From: Candidatus Nanopelagicus sp.
GTDB lineage: Bacteria > Actinomycetota > Actinomycetes > Nanopelagicales > Nanopelagicaceae
Assembly (NCBI GenBank): GCA_051006855.1
Contig: JBPCSS010000021.1
Span: 1 to 58,225, forward strand
Length of the DNA: 58,225 nucleotides
Direction: 5' to 3'
Of this stretch, positions 1-9,524 are shown piece by piece. A program made the position numbers and the translations under genes. How positions within the stretch are numbered: the stretch's first letter is position 1; the number at the start of each line of letters is the position of its first letter. The notes under the pieces were generated by a model. It was not told the origin of the DNA. It was given only the letters and a program-made list of their open reading frames with translations, and did not search any database.

Positions 1-890
1 GGGTCATTGGCAATTACTAAATCTGCATCATTTTCTCTGGCATATGCAAGTGCCATGTCGATGGCTCCGGCTTCCTCAGGATTAGGAAATACGGTAGTAG
101 GAAAATCTGGATCTGGTTTTTCTTGTTCTTTAACAACTATTGGGGGATTAAATCCAGACTTTTCAAAAACTTTAATAAATGTTTCAGCTCCGACTCCATG
201 CAAGGGGGTGTAAACGACCTTCAAGTTATTTGGCTTGATTGCCAACTTCGCAACCTCTAAAACATATTGATCAATTACATTTTCATTTATAATTTCATAC
301 TGGTTAGCTCTGGCAGGTTGTTTTTCAGCCTTTTCAATTAACTCAGATATTTGCGAGTCAATCGGGGAAATTATTTGCGAGCCCTGGTAATTAACGCCAT
401 TAAAAACTCCGCCTAAATAAACCTTGTATCCGTTGTCAGTTGCCGGATTGTGGCTTGCGGTAACCATAATCCCAACATCTGCCTTTATTTTGTTGAGTGC
501 AAAGGCAAGAACTGGAGTGGGAAGAACTCTTGGCAAAACATAAGTTTTTACCCCGCCACCAGCAAATATTTCAGCACTGTCTTTAGCAAATGCCTCTGAT
601 CCGTGTCGAGCATCGCGGCCAATTACTACTGAACTTAAATTGTTTTTCTTCATAAATGCAAGAATTCCAGAAGCTGTTCTACTGACAACAGCTCGATTCA
701 TGCACGAAGGACCAGGTCCCATTGGCCCACGTAAACCTGCTGTGCCAAATTGCAAAAATCCAGCAAAGCATCGTTCTAACTCTGTTTTGTTTTCCTCTTT
801 AAGCCACTGTGTTAATTGGTTAGCTGTCTTTGTATCTGGATCATTATCAATCCAATCTAAAACTTCATTTTTTAGCTGATCTGAGATCAC
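1..890 (-). CDS. Phospho-sugar mutase (phosphomannomutase/PGM family), runs off the window start
   Basis: Not in the ORF track. Hand translation from GTG at 890 gives MISDQLKNEVLDWIDNDPD...LQFGTAGLRGPMGPGPSCMNR...IMVTASHNPATDNGYKVY, which contains the catalytic TASHNP. GTGA overlap with the punA stop. Confidence 0.9.
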   Translation of the reverse strand, partial: MISDQLKNEVLDWIDNDPDTKTANQLTQWLKEENKTELERCFAGFLQFGTAGLRGPMGPGPSCMNRAVVSRTASGILAFMKKNNLSSVVIGRDARHGSEAFAKDSAEIFAGGGVKTYVLPRVLPTPVLAFALNKIKADVGIMVTASHNPATDNGYKVYLGGVFNGVNYQGSQIISPIDSQISELIEKAEKQPARANQYEIINENVIDQYVLEVAKLAIKPNNLKVVYTPLHGVGAETFIKVFEKSGFNPPIVVKEQEKPDPDFPTTVFPNPEEAGAIDMALAYARENDADLVIAND

Positions 891-1696
891 AACTTAGGCA
901 AAACCTTCGCTAGCAAATTTCCCATCCGATCAGCGGCGGCTTTACCAGCTGCTATAACCTCAGCATGATTTAGTTTTTCACCAGTCACACCGGCAGCAGC
1001 ATTTGTTACTAATGAGATGGCAAGAATTTCGGCACCAAGTGCGTGTGCAGCAATTGCCTCTGGAACAGTAGACATTCCAACTAAATCCGCTCCCATACTT
1101 CTCATCATTTTAATTTCAGCAGGTGTTTCATAAGAAGGTCCTCGCCAGTGGACATAGACACCTTCCGCTAAAGATGGATCCTCCTCTTTAACGATCTGTC
1201 TTAATCTTTTGCTGTAAAGATCAGTAAGATCAACAAAATCTGCACCAATTAAAGGTGAAGCGGCAGTCAGTGAGATGTGGTCTCTGATTAATACTGGCTG
1301 TCCCACCTTGTAATCTGTATTAATGCCTCCACAGGCATTAGTTAAAACAATATTTTTACATCCTGCTTTAACTGCTGTTCTAACTGCATGCGCTACTGGC
1401 TCCATGCCTAATCCTTCATAAAAATGAGTGCGGCCTAAAAAAACTAATGCATTTGATCCATTTGATAATTTATAAGAACGTAACTTTCCACCATGACCGG
1501 TAACGGTTGGCGCTGGAAAGCCAGGCAATTCAGTCACTGGAAATTCATGAGTAGGCCTACCAAGTGCATCAGCAGCTGAAATCCAGCCTGATCCCATGAC
1601 GAGTGCAACATCATGCTTGGTTTTTCCAGTTATTTTTGCAATTGCTTTGGCAGCTTTTTCAGCTGTACCTATTGGGTCTTTATACAACTTCTTCAT
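887..1696 (-). CDS. punA: Purine-nucleoside phosphorylase (trimeric type)
   Basis: Motifs GRTHFYEG, TNACGG, GPSYETPAE, VGMSTVPE; usual punA-pmm pairing. Confidence 0.93.
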   Translation of the reverse strand: MKKLYKDPIGTAEKAAKAIAKITGKTKHDVALVMGSGWISAADALGRPTHEFPVTELPGFPAPTVTGHGGKLRSYKLSNGSNALVFLGRTHFYEGLGMEPVAHAVRTAVKAGCKNIVLTNACGGINTDYKVGQPVLIRDHISLTAASPLIGADFVDLTDLYSKRLRQIVKEEDPSLAEGVYVHWRGPSYETPAEIKMMRSMGADLVGMSTVPEAIAAHALGAEILAISLVTNAAAGVTGEKLNHAEVIAAGKAAADRMGNLLAKVLPKL

Positions 1697-1718
1697 TAGG
1701 CAAACTTATCCTAAATAC

Positions 1719-2318
1719 TTACTTATTTTTTAAGTCAGGCCAGCTATACCCTAATGAGATAACCATCTTTCTTAATAAAGGTAGAGATAAGCCAATAATT
1801 CCGCTTGGGTCACCCTCAATATTTGTAATAAAAGGAGCACTTAAGCCATCTAACGTGAAGCCACCTGCAACATTTAATGGTTCACCTGAATCTACATAAT
1901 CATTAATTTCGGCATCAGTCATTTGAGCAAATTGAACTTTAGCGGTTGATCGCTCACTTAACTCTATGCCATTTTTTAAATCGATCAAGCAATGTCCAGT
2001 GTGAAGATATCCAGACTTACCACTTAATTGTTTACATCGAGTGATTGCATTTGCTTTGCTCCCTGGTTTACCCAGTGATTTTCCATCAAATTCAAATGTT
2101 GAATCGCATCCAATAATTAATGAATCGGCAGGAGCCATCTCTTTAACGGTGTGCGCTTTAAGAATAGCTAATGCTATGACTAATTCCGAAGGAGTAAGTG
2201 AATCAAGTTCAGCACCCTCTTCTTGAACCCCGCTAACTAAAACCTTAGGAGTGATCCCAACACTTTCTAAAAGGCGAAGACGAGATGGTGATGCTGAGGC
2301 GAGGATTATCTGAACCAT
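1719..2318 (-). CDS. maf: Maf family nucleotide pyrophosphatase
   Basis: IILASASPSR, IIGCDS, LGKP, AGGFTLDG, GLSLP. Start moved to the ATG at 2318. Confidence 0.92.
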   Translation of the reverse strand: MVQIILASASPSRLRLLESVGITPKVLVSGVQEEGAELDSLTPSELVIALAILKAHTVKEMAPADSLIIGCDSTFEFDGKSLGKPGSKANAITRCKQLSGKSGYLHTGHCLIDLKNGIELSERSTAKVQFAQMTDAEINDYVDSGEPLNVAGGFTLDGLSAPFITNIEGDPSGIIGLSLPLLRKMVISLGYSWPDLKNK

Positions 2319-2338
2319 TATGCAGGTAACCTTATTAC

Positions 2339-3160
2339 ATGAAGCCACCATTTATTGGACTCATAGCTCATCAGTGGAGTCTTAGCGCCTACCAATTGCA
2401 GTCTATAAAATTGGGTCTTGGGATAAAAACTTCCAGTAAGAAATTGTCAGGCTCTGATTTAATTGATTTCGCTAAAGAGTGCGATTTACTTTATGTAGAT
2501 CCGGCAATTATCTCAATTTCGGCAATTAAAACTGCAGAGAAATCTGGAATTCAAATTTATCCTTCATCTAAAACTATTGAAGAGCTGGCAAAAATAACAT
2601 CCCATTCAGGTGAAGGTGATCAGCTATCTGTATTAGTAACTAGATCCGCTCATGCACAGGCTGCTAGCTGGCCAATTACCTTGTTAACAAATGAATTATG
2701 CATAACACCTCTTCCTGGAATTACTGATGAAATAGCGCAGGAAATCCAAATTTCAGTTCTAAAACTTGCCGCAGAGGTCGGTTTAGTTGGGGGATTTGAA
2801 TTGATTGTTGACGCAGCCGAGTATAAAAAATTAATCGGAATCAACTGGATGACACCTATTGCAAATTACTGGAATCAAATTGGTTCCGTAACTAATTTTT
2901 ATGAGCAAAACCTACGCGCAGTTCTAGATTTACCTTTAGGCAGTACGCAATTACTCTCGAAATATGTAGTTACGGGAACTTTAGAAACCGATCAGAACAG
3001 CGATGATTATCGTCCATATTTGCATTTAATGGCCAGGAATCCAAGGCTTAAGTTTGATCAAACAATTAAACAGGTTGGGGTAGCCGGGGATGATCTTGAA
3101 GTGTTGCTTACAGAAATTATTCATGCACAGCAGTATTACAGTGGAAAAATTGTTGAATAA
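2339..3160 (+). CDS. Degenerate PurK-like protein lacking the ATP-grasp core
   Basis: PurK-like segments LSVLVTRSAHAQAASWP, YEQNLRAVLDLPLGST, YLHLMARNPRLK are present; the GYDGKG motif is absent; 273 aa. Confidence 0.7.
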   Translation: MKPPFIGLIAHQWSLSAYQLQSIKLGLGIKTSSKKLSGSDLIDFAKECDLLYVDPAIISISAIKTAEKSGIQIYPSSKTIEELAKITSHSGEGDQLSVLVTRSAHAQAASWPITLLTNELCITPLPGITDEIAQEIQISVLKLAAEVGLVGGFELIVDAAEYKKLIGINWMTPIANYWNQIGSVTNFYEQNLRAVLDLPLGSTQLLSKYVVTGTLETDQNSDDYRPYLHLMARNPRLKFDQTIKQVGVAGDDLEVLLTEIIHAQQYYSGKIVE

Positions 3161-3553
3161 CTAAGATCTTTTTCCATATTCGATCGCAGGGCATCGATTC
3201 ATGACTGCCACTAGCCCAGCATTTTCTGCTCTTTCGAAAGCACTCTGATCAATCACATCCAGCTGCAACCAAACTCCCTTTGCCTTAATCGCAATTGCAC
3301 TATCTACCACCTCGCCTGCTAAATCTGAGTTAACAAAGATATCTACAACATCAATTGGAAAAGGAATATCAGATAATTTCTCGTAACCTTTTTGTCCATG
3401 AACAGTTTCTGCCTTTGGGTGAACTGGAATTACTTGGTGTCCTTTTTCAATTAGCAACTTTGCAACTCTGAAAGCTGCTCGTTCAGAATTATTACTTAAG
3501 CCAACAACAGCCCAAGTTTTTAAGGCTAATAACTTATCTATTGAGTCATTCAT
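3161..3553 (-). CDS. CoA-binding protein (YccU family)
   Basis: WAVVGLS, IPVHP, DVVDIF, VWLQ, NRCPAIE. Start at ATG 3553 overlapping the ugd stop. Confidence 0.88.
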   Translation of the reverse strand: MNDSIDKLLALKTWAVVGLSNNSERAAFRVAKLLIEKGHQVIPVHPKAETVHGQKGYEKLSDIPFPIDVVDIFVNSDLAGEVVDSAIAIKAKGVWLQLDVIDQSAFERAENAGLVAVMNRCPAIEYGKRS

Positions 3554-4862
3554 TGTGGCTGCGGCCAAGAGCTCTAAATTTCCAGCCAGCAGATTGCCAC
3601 AACTGACGATCTAATGCATTTCTGCCATCAATAACTATTGGATTTTTAACAATGGATTTGAGCTTGACCGGATCAATTTCTCGATAAATTTTCCACTCAG
3701 TTAGGTGAAGAACTATTTCAGCATCTTTTAGGGTTGTGTTCACATCATCTGCAAAATTCAGAGCAGGAAAACGCTTTTGAGCATTAGCAATTGCTTTAGG
3801 GTCATGGACGGTGACATTTGCTCCAGCTGCTTGAATCTGTGCTGCGATATCTAGTGCTGGAGAGTCGCGAACATCATCGCTATCAGGTTTAAATGCCGCA
3901 CCAAGAATTGCAACCTTCTTACCTTGTAGATCATCTGATAAATCTTTACGAACTAACTCAATAATTCGTTGGCGGGCACGTAAGTTGATTGCATCAATTT
4001 CCTTAAGAAATTCAACTGCTTGGCTAGCTCCGAGCTCCTCTGCCCTTGCCATAAAGGCACGAATATCTTTTGGTAAACAACCGCCACCAAAGCCAATGCC
4101 AGCTTGCAAGAATCGACTTCCAATTCTTGGATCGTAACCAATAGCTTTTGCAAGCACAGTTACATCGCCACCGGCAGCTTCACATATTTCAGCCATGGCG
4201 TTAATGAAGGAAATTTTTGTTGCTAAGAAGGAATTCGCAGCGACCTTCACTAATTCTGAAGTTGGTAGATCAGCTTTTACCCAGGGAGTTTTCTCCTTAA
4301 GATTAGTTGCATAAACTTCCTTTAATATCAGCTCAGCACTCTCGTTTACTACACCAACCACCAATCGATTTGGTCTAAGAGTGTCTTCAACTGCAAATCC
4401 TTCACGTAAGAACTCAGGATTCCAGGCAAGGTCAGCTTTCGGATTTAGCTCCAATAATCTATTTCTTAATTTTGTTGCGGTACCAACTGGAACTGTTGAT
4501 TTACCCACCACTAAGCCGCCTGGCTTTACATATTTTGCAATCGACTCTAAAGCTGAATTTACGTAGGTTAAATCAGCCGCATTTCCATTTTTAATTTGAG
4601 GAGTTCCCACGCAAATGAAGTGAACATCTGCATCTGCCAGATCTGCAACATTATTTGTAAAGGTTAGACGAGAAGATTTAATCTGTTCAGATAACAATTC
4701 CTCTAATTCAGGTTCATAAAATGGCACTTTACCTTTGCTCAATAAATCGATTTTGCTTACTTCAGTATCAAAGCCAATTACTTCAAACCCCAAGCTGGCC
4801 ATGCAGGCAGCATGCGTTGCGCCCAAATATCCAGTACCTATCACGGAGAGCTTTAATGCCAT
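3546..4862 (-). CDS. ugd: UDP-glucose 6-dehydrogenase
   Basis: GTGYLG, KSTVPVGT, NPEFLREG, GFGGGCLPKD, FKPDSDDVRDSP. Confidence 0.93.
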   Translation of the reverse strand: MALKLSVIGTGYLGATHAACMASLGFEVIGFDTEVSKIDLLSKGKVPFYEPELEELLSEQIKSSRLTFTNNVADLADADVHFICVGTPQIKNGNAADLTYVNSALESIAKYVKPGGLVVGKSTVPVGTATKLRNRLLELNPKADLAWNPEFLREGFAVEDTLRPNRLVVGVVNESAELILKEVYATNLKEKTPWVKADLPTSELVKVAANSFLATKISFINAMAEICEAAGGDVTVLAKAIGYDPRIGSRFLQAGIGFGGGCLPKDIRAFMARAEELGASQAVEFLKEIDAINLRARQRIIELVRKDLSDDLQGKKVAILGAAFKPDSDDVRDSPALDIAAQIQAAGANVTVHDPKAIANAQKRFPALNFADDVNTTLKDAEIVLHLTEWKIYREIDPVKLKSIVKNPIVIDGRNALDRQLWQSAGWKFRALGRSHNE

Positions 4863-4890
4863 GGATAGAGCCTATCTAAGAGGTCGATGG

Positions 4891-5991
4891 TTAACGGCAG
4901 ATATTATCGTCAGCTGTGCGGGATTTAAATTTATCAACTATTTCAACCTTGGCGGCTTTTGTTGATGATGGTGAAGGCGAAGCAGTTACTTCATCAACAA
5001 CTGCACGATCCTCACGCAAACGATCCCATAATTCTGGCGCTAGAACTGGATCCCACAAGACCGCTGCTGTTACACCATTTGAATAGTAATTTAAATCAGA
5101 AAGGGGAACTGTCAATGTTCGAACATTTGAAGTGGCAAGTGATTTCATCTGTTTGGCAAGAGTTATCAAATCAGAGTTTTTTAATCCTTCATCAGTCGTA
5201 ACAGCTGAAAGGGATGAATTTATAAAACTTGTCATTGTTACTGGATTAAGCAAAACACCGGCACTAGTGGCTTTTTTCAAGACCGAAGACATGAAAGCTT
5301 GCTGACGTTGCATTCGGCCAAGATCCCCCATGCCATCAAACTCCCGGGTTCGAACATATTTGAGAGCTTCAATTCCATTTAGGGTGTGAACTCCAGCAGG
5401 TAAAACTAAGTGACTCTTTGGATCATCAATATCTTTTTTAGTACAAACTTCAATTCCACCAAGTGAATCAATTACGCTGGCAAATCCAGCAAAATTTACT
5501 TCAACATAATGATCAATTTTAAGTTGGGTCATCTCTTCAATTGTTTGAATTAATAAAGGTGCTCCACCCCAGTTAAAAGCTGAATTTATTTTCGAGTGAA
5601 TGGCTGGAATAGTTTTTCCTGCTTTATTTACATGTGCTGGAATGAGCGCAAAAGTATCGCGAGGGATAGAAACTAGAACAGCTTTATCCCTTGCCTTTGA
5701 GATGTGTACCAGCAGCATTGTGTCTGATCTTTTACCTGCGGCGGTGGCAACCGAGCCAACACGTAGCTCTTTAAGTTCAGCCTTAGTTAATCCCTCTCGA
5801 GTATCAGAGCCAACTAATAGGTAATTTATTGCCGATGATTTTTTATCTGGTCGCTTATCAATACCTGCAAATGCATCAATCTTGGTAATTGAAGCAGAGA
5901 CTGTGCCAAAGGCCAATGCGCTAATTGCCGATATGGCTAGAGTTGCTATCGAAATACCAGTAAAGATCCTGACACTTCGAGCAGATTTCAT
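4891..5991 (-). CDS. LCP (LytR-CpsA-Psr) family glycopolymer transferase
   Basis: N-terminal TM segment; LLVGSDTR, RSDTMLL, SIPRD, KINSA, DLGRMQRQQ. Confidence 0.92.
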   Translation of the reverse strand: MKSARSVRIFTGISIATLAISAISALAFGTVSASITKIDAFAGIDKRPDKKSSAINYLLVGSDTREGLTKAELKELRVGSVATAAGKRSDTMLLVHISKARDKAVLVSIPRDTFALIPAHVNKAGKTIPAIHSKINSAFNWGGAPLLIQTIEEMTQLKIDHYVEVNFAGFASVIDSLGGIEVCTKKDIDDPKSHLVLPAGVHTLNGIEALKYVRTREFDGMGDLGRMQRQQAFMSSVLKKATSAGVLLNPVTMTSFINSSLSAVTTDEGLKNSDLITLAKQMKSLATSNVRTLTVPLSDLNYYSNGVTAAVLWDPVLAPELWDRLREDRAVVDEVTASPSPSSTKAAKVEIVDKFKSRTADDNICR

Positions 5992-6035
5992 CTTCTTATC
6001 CTAGATTATGGGCAGGGAATTACTGAGCACAAATT

Positions 6036-7025
6036 ATGATCGGAGTGGTTATGAATGATTTAACATCACCTGCGGTCACAGTTATTTTGCCAATTCTCAA
6101 TGAAGAAGCAGATTTACATAATTGCATCTCAGCAATCCTTCAGCAAAATTACCCAGGTGAAATAGAAGTAATTTTGGCATTGGGTCCTTCAAAAGATAAT
6201 ACAAATCAAATTGCTCGCGATTTAGCTGCTGCGGATAAACGAATCAAAATAGTTGATAATCCAACCGGGCAAACTGCTAAAGGATTGAATCTAGCAATAG
6301 CACAAAGCTCTTTTGAGATTATTTGTAGAATTGATGGGCATTCAGAAATTTCAAACTCTTACCTAAAAACTGCAATATCAATCATGCAAGAAAGTGGCGC
6401 AGTAAATGTAGGGGGACTAATGCATGCCGATAGCCAATCTGGTTTACAGCGCACGATTGCACAAGCTATGCGATCTAAATTAGGAGTAGGGGCTTCTAAG
6501 TTTCATACCGGCGGCAAAGCTGGTCCTTCCGACACTGTTTACCTTGGCACTTTCAAAAAATCTGCCATTTTGGCAGCAGGTGGTTTTGATGAAAGATATA
6601 TCAGAGCTCAAGATTGGGAGTTAAACCATCGCATGCGTGCGCAGGGAGGTTTAATTTGGTTTGACCCAAGACTTGTAGTCACATATCGCCCTAGAAAATC
6701 TCTGGGTAAATTAGCAAAACAGTATTTTCAATATGGCAGGTGGCGACGAGTAATTTCTAGACAACACCCGAAAACTACTAATTTTCGTTACTTAGCACCG
6801 CCAGTGGCATTGGTAATTAATCTTTTATCAATTGTTTTTGGAGTATTACTTGCTAAAATTTTTTTCCTTCCAACTCTGATTTATTTGATGACATTAGTGA
6901 TCGGGGGCTTAATTATTGGTAGAAAAATTGCGGATAAATTATTGATGCCAATCGTATTTGCAACTATGCATTTATCTTGGGGCGCTGGATTTATAACATC
7001 GCCGAAAAAACTATTTAAAAACTAA
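6036..7025 (+). CDS. GT2 family glycosyltransferase (ExoA-like)
   Basis: ILPILNE, RIDGH, GGFDE, AQDWELN, QYFQYGRWR; C-terminal TM helices. Start may be 6051. Confidence 0.88.
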   Translation: MIGVVMNDLTSPAVTVILPILNEEADLHNCISAILQQNYPGEIEVILALGPSKDNTNQIARDLAAADKRIKIVDNPTGQTAKGLNLAIAQSSFEIICRIDGHSEISNSYLKTAISIMQESGAVNVGGLMHADSQSGLQRTIAQAMRSKLGVGASKFHTGGKAGPSDTVYLGTFKKSAILAAGGFDERYIRAQDWELNHRMRAQGGLIWFDPRLVVTYRPRKSLGKLAKQYFQYGRWRRVISRQHPKTTNFRYLAPPVALVINLLSIVFGVLLAKIFFLPTLIYLMTLVIGGLIIGRKIADKLLMPIVFATMHLSWGAGFITSPKKLFKN

Positions 7026-7954
7026 TTCTTATGCAAGGCTGAGTTCAGGCCACTCCAGTTACCGGTTTTTGGCAGTACTTCTAAGCTGCCACTTTGCGAA
7101 TTACGTCTAAACAAAAGATTATTGGCACCGCTTAACTCTAAGGCTTTCACTATTTTTCCATCCGGTAAAGTAATTTTTGACCCAGCGGTGATATAGATTC
7201 CAGCTTCAACTACGCAATCATCACCTAGGCTGATTCCAATTCCAGAGTTTGCACCCAAAAGAGTTCGCTGACCGATTGAGATAACTTCTTTACCGCCACC
7301 ACTAAGAGTGCCCATAATTGAAGCTCCACCACCAATGTCACTGCCATCTCCTACAACAACACCGGCGCTAATTCTGCCCTCAACCATTGATTTGCCTAAC
7401 GTGCCGGCGATGAAATTTACAAAGCCTTCATGCATAACAGTTGTGCCCGATGCCAGATAAGCGCCTAAGCGCACTCGATCACCATCTGCGATTCGAACAC
7501 CTTCAGGAATTACATAATCAACCATCCGTGGAAACTTATCCACACCATAGACCACTAAGTTTGAATATTTGCTTATTAATTGGGCTCTAACCTTTTCAAA
7601 ACCAGCAATTTCACAAGCACCAGCTGAGGTCCAAACAACATTTGTTAGCAGTGAAAAAATGCCTTCCAAATTAATTGTGTGAGGTTTTAATACTCTATGT
7701 GAAAGTAAGTGAAGTCTTAGATAAACATCAGCAGCATCTTTTGGTTTTTCATCGATCTGGATAATAATTTCAACTGCAACCTTTTTAACTTTTCGAATTG
7801 GATCTTCACCAATTAAGGATTGAAAAGTTGCATCTATCTTATTTTCTGGAGCCTTACCTAATCCAAGGGCATAAAAAGAGCACTCAAGAGTTTGGCCAGA
7901 TTGATTTTGGGTGGCAATACCAAATCCATATGCCGTACTTTGAGTAGTGCTCAT
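7022..7954 (-). CDS. dapD: Tetrahydrodipicolinate N-succinyltransferase (actinobacterial type)
   Basis: YLRLHLLSHR, VDKFPRMVDYV, MVEGRISAGV, GGGASIMGTLSGGG, LLFRRNS. Confidence 0.94.
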   Translation of the reverse strand: MSTTQSTAYGFGIATQNQSGQTLECSFYALGLGKAPENKIDATFQSLIGEDPIRKVKKVAVEIIIQIDEKPKDAADVYLRLHLLSHRVLKPHTINLEGIFSLLTNVVWTSAGACEIAGFEKVRAQLISKYSNLVVYGVDKFPRMVDYVIPEGVRIADGDRVRLGAYLASGTTVMHEGFVNFIAGTLGKSMVEGRISAGVVVGDGSDIGGGASIMGTLSGGGKEVISIGQRTLLGANSGIGISLGDDCVVEAGIYITAGSKITLPDGKIVKALELSGANNLLFRRNSQSGSLEVLPKTGNWSGLNSALHKN

Positions 7955-7998
7955 TAGCCAACGGTATCAAAGTGCTTGGAAGGTAATAGACTAATTTC

Positions 7999-8535
7999 AT
8001 GCGCGTATCAGTTTTCTGCTCATCTGCTCCAGAAATTCCAAACACTTCACTGGAATTGGCATTTAATGTTGGAAAAGCAATTGGTGAGCAAGGTTGGGAT
8101 CTTGTGTGGGGTGGTGGTAAAGCTTCAATGATGGGTGAGGTGGCAAAAGGGGCAAGATCATCAGGTGCGGCAACTATTGGAGTAATTCCCGAGCCACTGA
8201 AAAAAATAGAGTTTGAAGATTCGCAAGCCTCACAAATGCATGTAGTGACAAATATGCGAACTAGAAAAGCAAAAATAGAGGATTTAGCGGATGCATTTAT
8301 TATTTTGCCTGGTGGCATTGGTACTTTAGAGGAGTTCTTTGAAATCTGGGTTGGCCGATATCTTAAATTTCACGGTAAGCCAATAGCAGTATGTGATCCA
8401 ACTGGAGTTTATGGGCCACTTCAATCTGCACTTGAACATTTAGCAACTCAAAATTTTATGAAGCCTGGGCAAAAAGAACTCGTTTCTTGGTGTTCGGATA
8501 TTCCTAGTGCGATTGAGGCGATCCGAATCAAATGA
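7999..8535 (+). CDS. LOG family (TIGR00730-type) nucleotide phosphoribohydrolase
   Basis: LVWGGG, MRTRK, PGGIGTLEE. Confidence 0.9.
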   Translation: MRVSVFCSSAPEIPNTSLELAFNVGKAIGEQGWDLVWGGGKASMMGEVAKGARSSGAATIGVIPEPLKKIEFEDSQASQMHVVTNMRTRKAKIEDLADAFIILPGGIGTLEEFFEIWVGRYLKFHGKPIAVCDPTGVYGPLQSALEHLATQNFMKPGQKELVSWCSDIPSAIEAIRIK

Positions 8536-8993
8536 AGAAATTGTCTAATTTAACTTTGACGATCAAGATAAATAAGCCAGTAGATGAGGTTTGGCGATCT
8601 TTAGTTGACTGGAAGAGCCAAAGCAAATGGATGCTGCAAACTAAAGTTTGGTCAGAGTTGGATCAAGATCGAACAGTGAAAAATGGCAAGGGTGTACTTA
8701 TTTTTGCATTTACTGGAATTTTTCCAAAGCTTTATCCCAAATTGAAATTAGGCGTTCTTGACACAATGGAGGTTACAAATTGGAAACCACCACACCTATG
8801 CGAAGTGATGCATATCGGGCGAATAATTCGTGGTACTGGAAAATTTGAACTCAAAAAAGTTCGCGGTGGCACAATTTTTTATTGGCAGGAGGAAATCTTT
8901 GCTCCAAGATTGATTTTACTCTTTGCAAAACCAGCGTTACTTATCGGAGTTTGGCTCTCGTTACGTCGGTTTGCTCGGCAAGTTAGCGCATAA
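8532..8993 (+). CDS. SRPBCC family protein
   Basis: VWRSLVDWKSQSKWM, DTMEVTNWKPP, HIGRIIRGTG pattern; usual actinobacterial position near LOG. Confidence 0.75.
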   Translation: MKKLSNLTLTIKINKPVDEVWRSLVDWKSQSKWMLQTKVWSELDQDRTVKNGKGVLIFAFTGIFPKLYPKLKLGVLDTMEVTNWKPPHLCEVMHIGRIIRGTGKFELKKVRGGTIFYWQEEIFAPRLILLFAKPALLIGVWLSLRRFARQVSA

Positions 8994-9030
8994 CTCGAAA
9001 GTATCGACTTAGCCCAGTAACCTTTATGCC

Positions 9031-9228
9031 ATGGCACCTGATAGCAGTGCGAAGACAATCGCAGAATTAATTGCTACTTTGCCTGAAGAAGAACGACTAA
9101 TTTTGACTTTGCATTTGGTAAACATGATTAGCGCCACTGAAATTGCAGAAAAATTGGGAGTCCCAGAACGGGCAGTCTCATCAGTTATTGCATCGGGTAG
9201 ATCCCGCCTAATTGGCTTGATTTCTTAA
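9031..9228 (+). CDS. Stand-alone sigma-70 region-4-like HTH mini-protein
   Basis: LPEEERLILTL...EIAEKLGVPERAVSSVIASGRSRL resembles sigma region 4; a -10-like TAACCT lies 7 nt before the ATG. Confidence 0.72.
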   Translation: MAPDSSAKTIAELIATLPEEERLILTLHLVNMISATEIAEKLGVPERAVSSVIASGRSRLIGLIS

Positions 9229-9318
9229 GGGGATTTAATGGATTTCCCACCCGTAGCCATATAGGGGATAATTACGCCTCTAGTACGGCGAAGAATTAAT
9301 TTGGCAGGGGAGTGTTAA

Positions 9319-9498
9319 ATGGCAGCGATGAAACCAAGAACTGGTGATGGTCCAATGGAGGTCACTAAAGAAGCTCGCTCTATGGTCATGCGAATCCCAC
9401 TAGAAGGCGGCGGCCGTTTAGTTGTTGAACTAAATGTCGAAGAGGCTACAAACCTTGGAAACGTACTTCAAGCAGCAGTTGCGTTAGTAAAAAAGTAA
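9319..9498 (+). CDS. DUF3117 family small protein (59 aa)
   Basis: Not in the ORF track. Translates to MAAMKPRTGDGPMEVTKEARSMVMRIPLEGGGRLVVELN..., the hallmark DUF3117 sequence; GGGGAG RBS upstream. Confidence 0.93.
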   Translation: MAAMKPRTGDGPMEVTKEARSMVMRIPLEGGGRLVVELNVEEATNLGNVLQAAVALVKK

Positions 9499-9524
9499 AT
9501 CGACTGATCTAGGCTCACAAGTTT

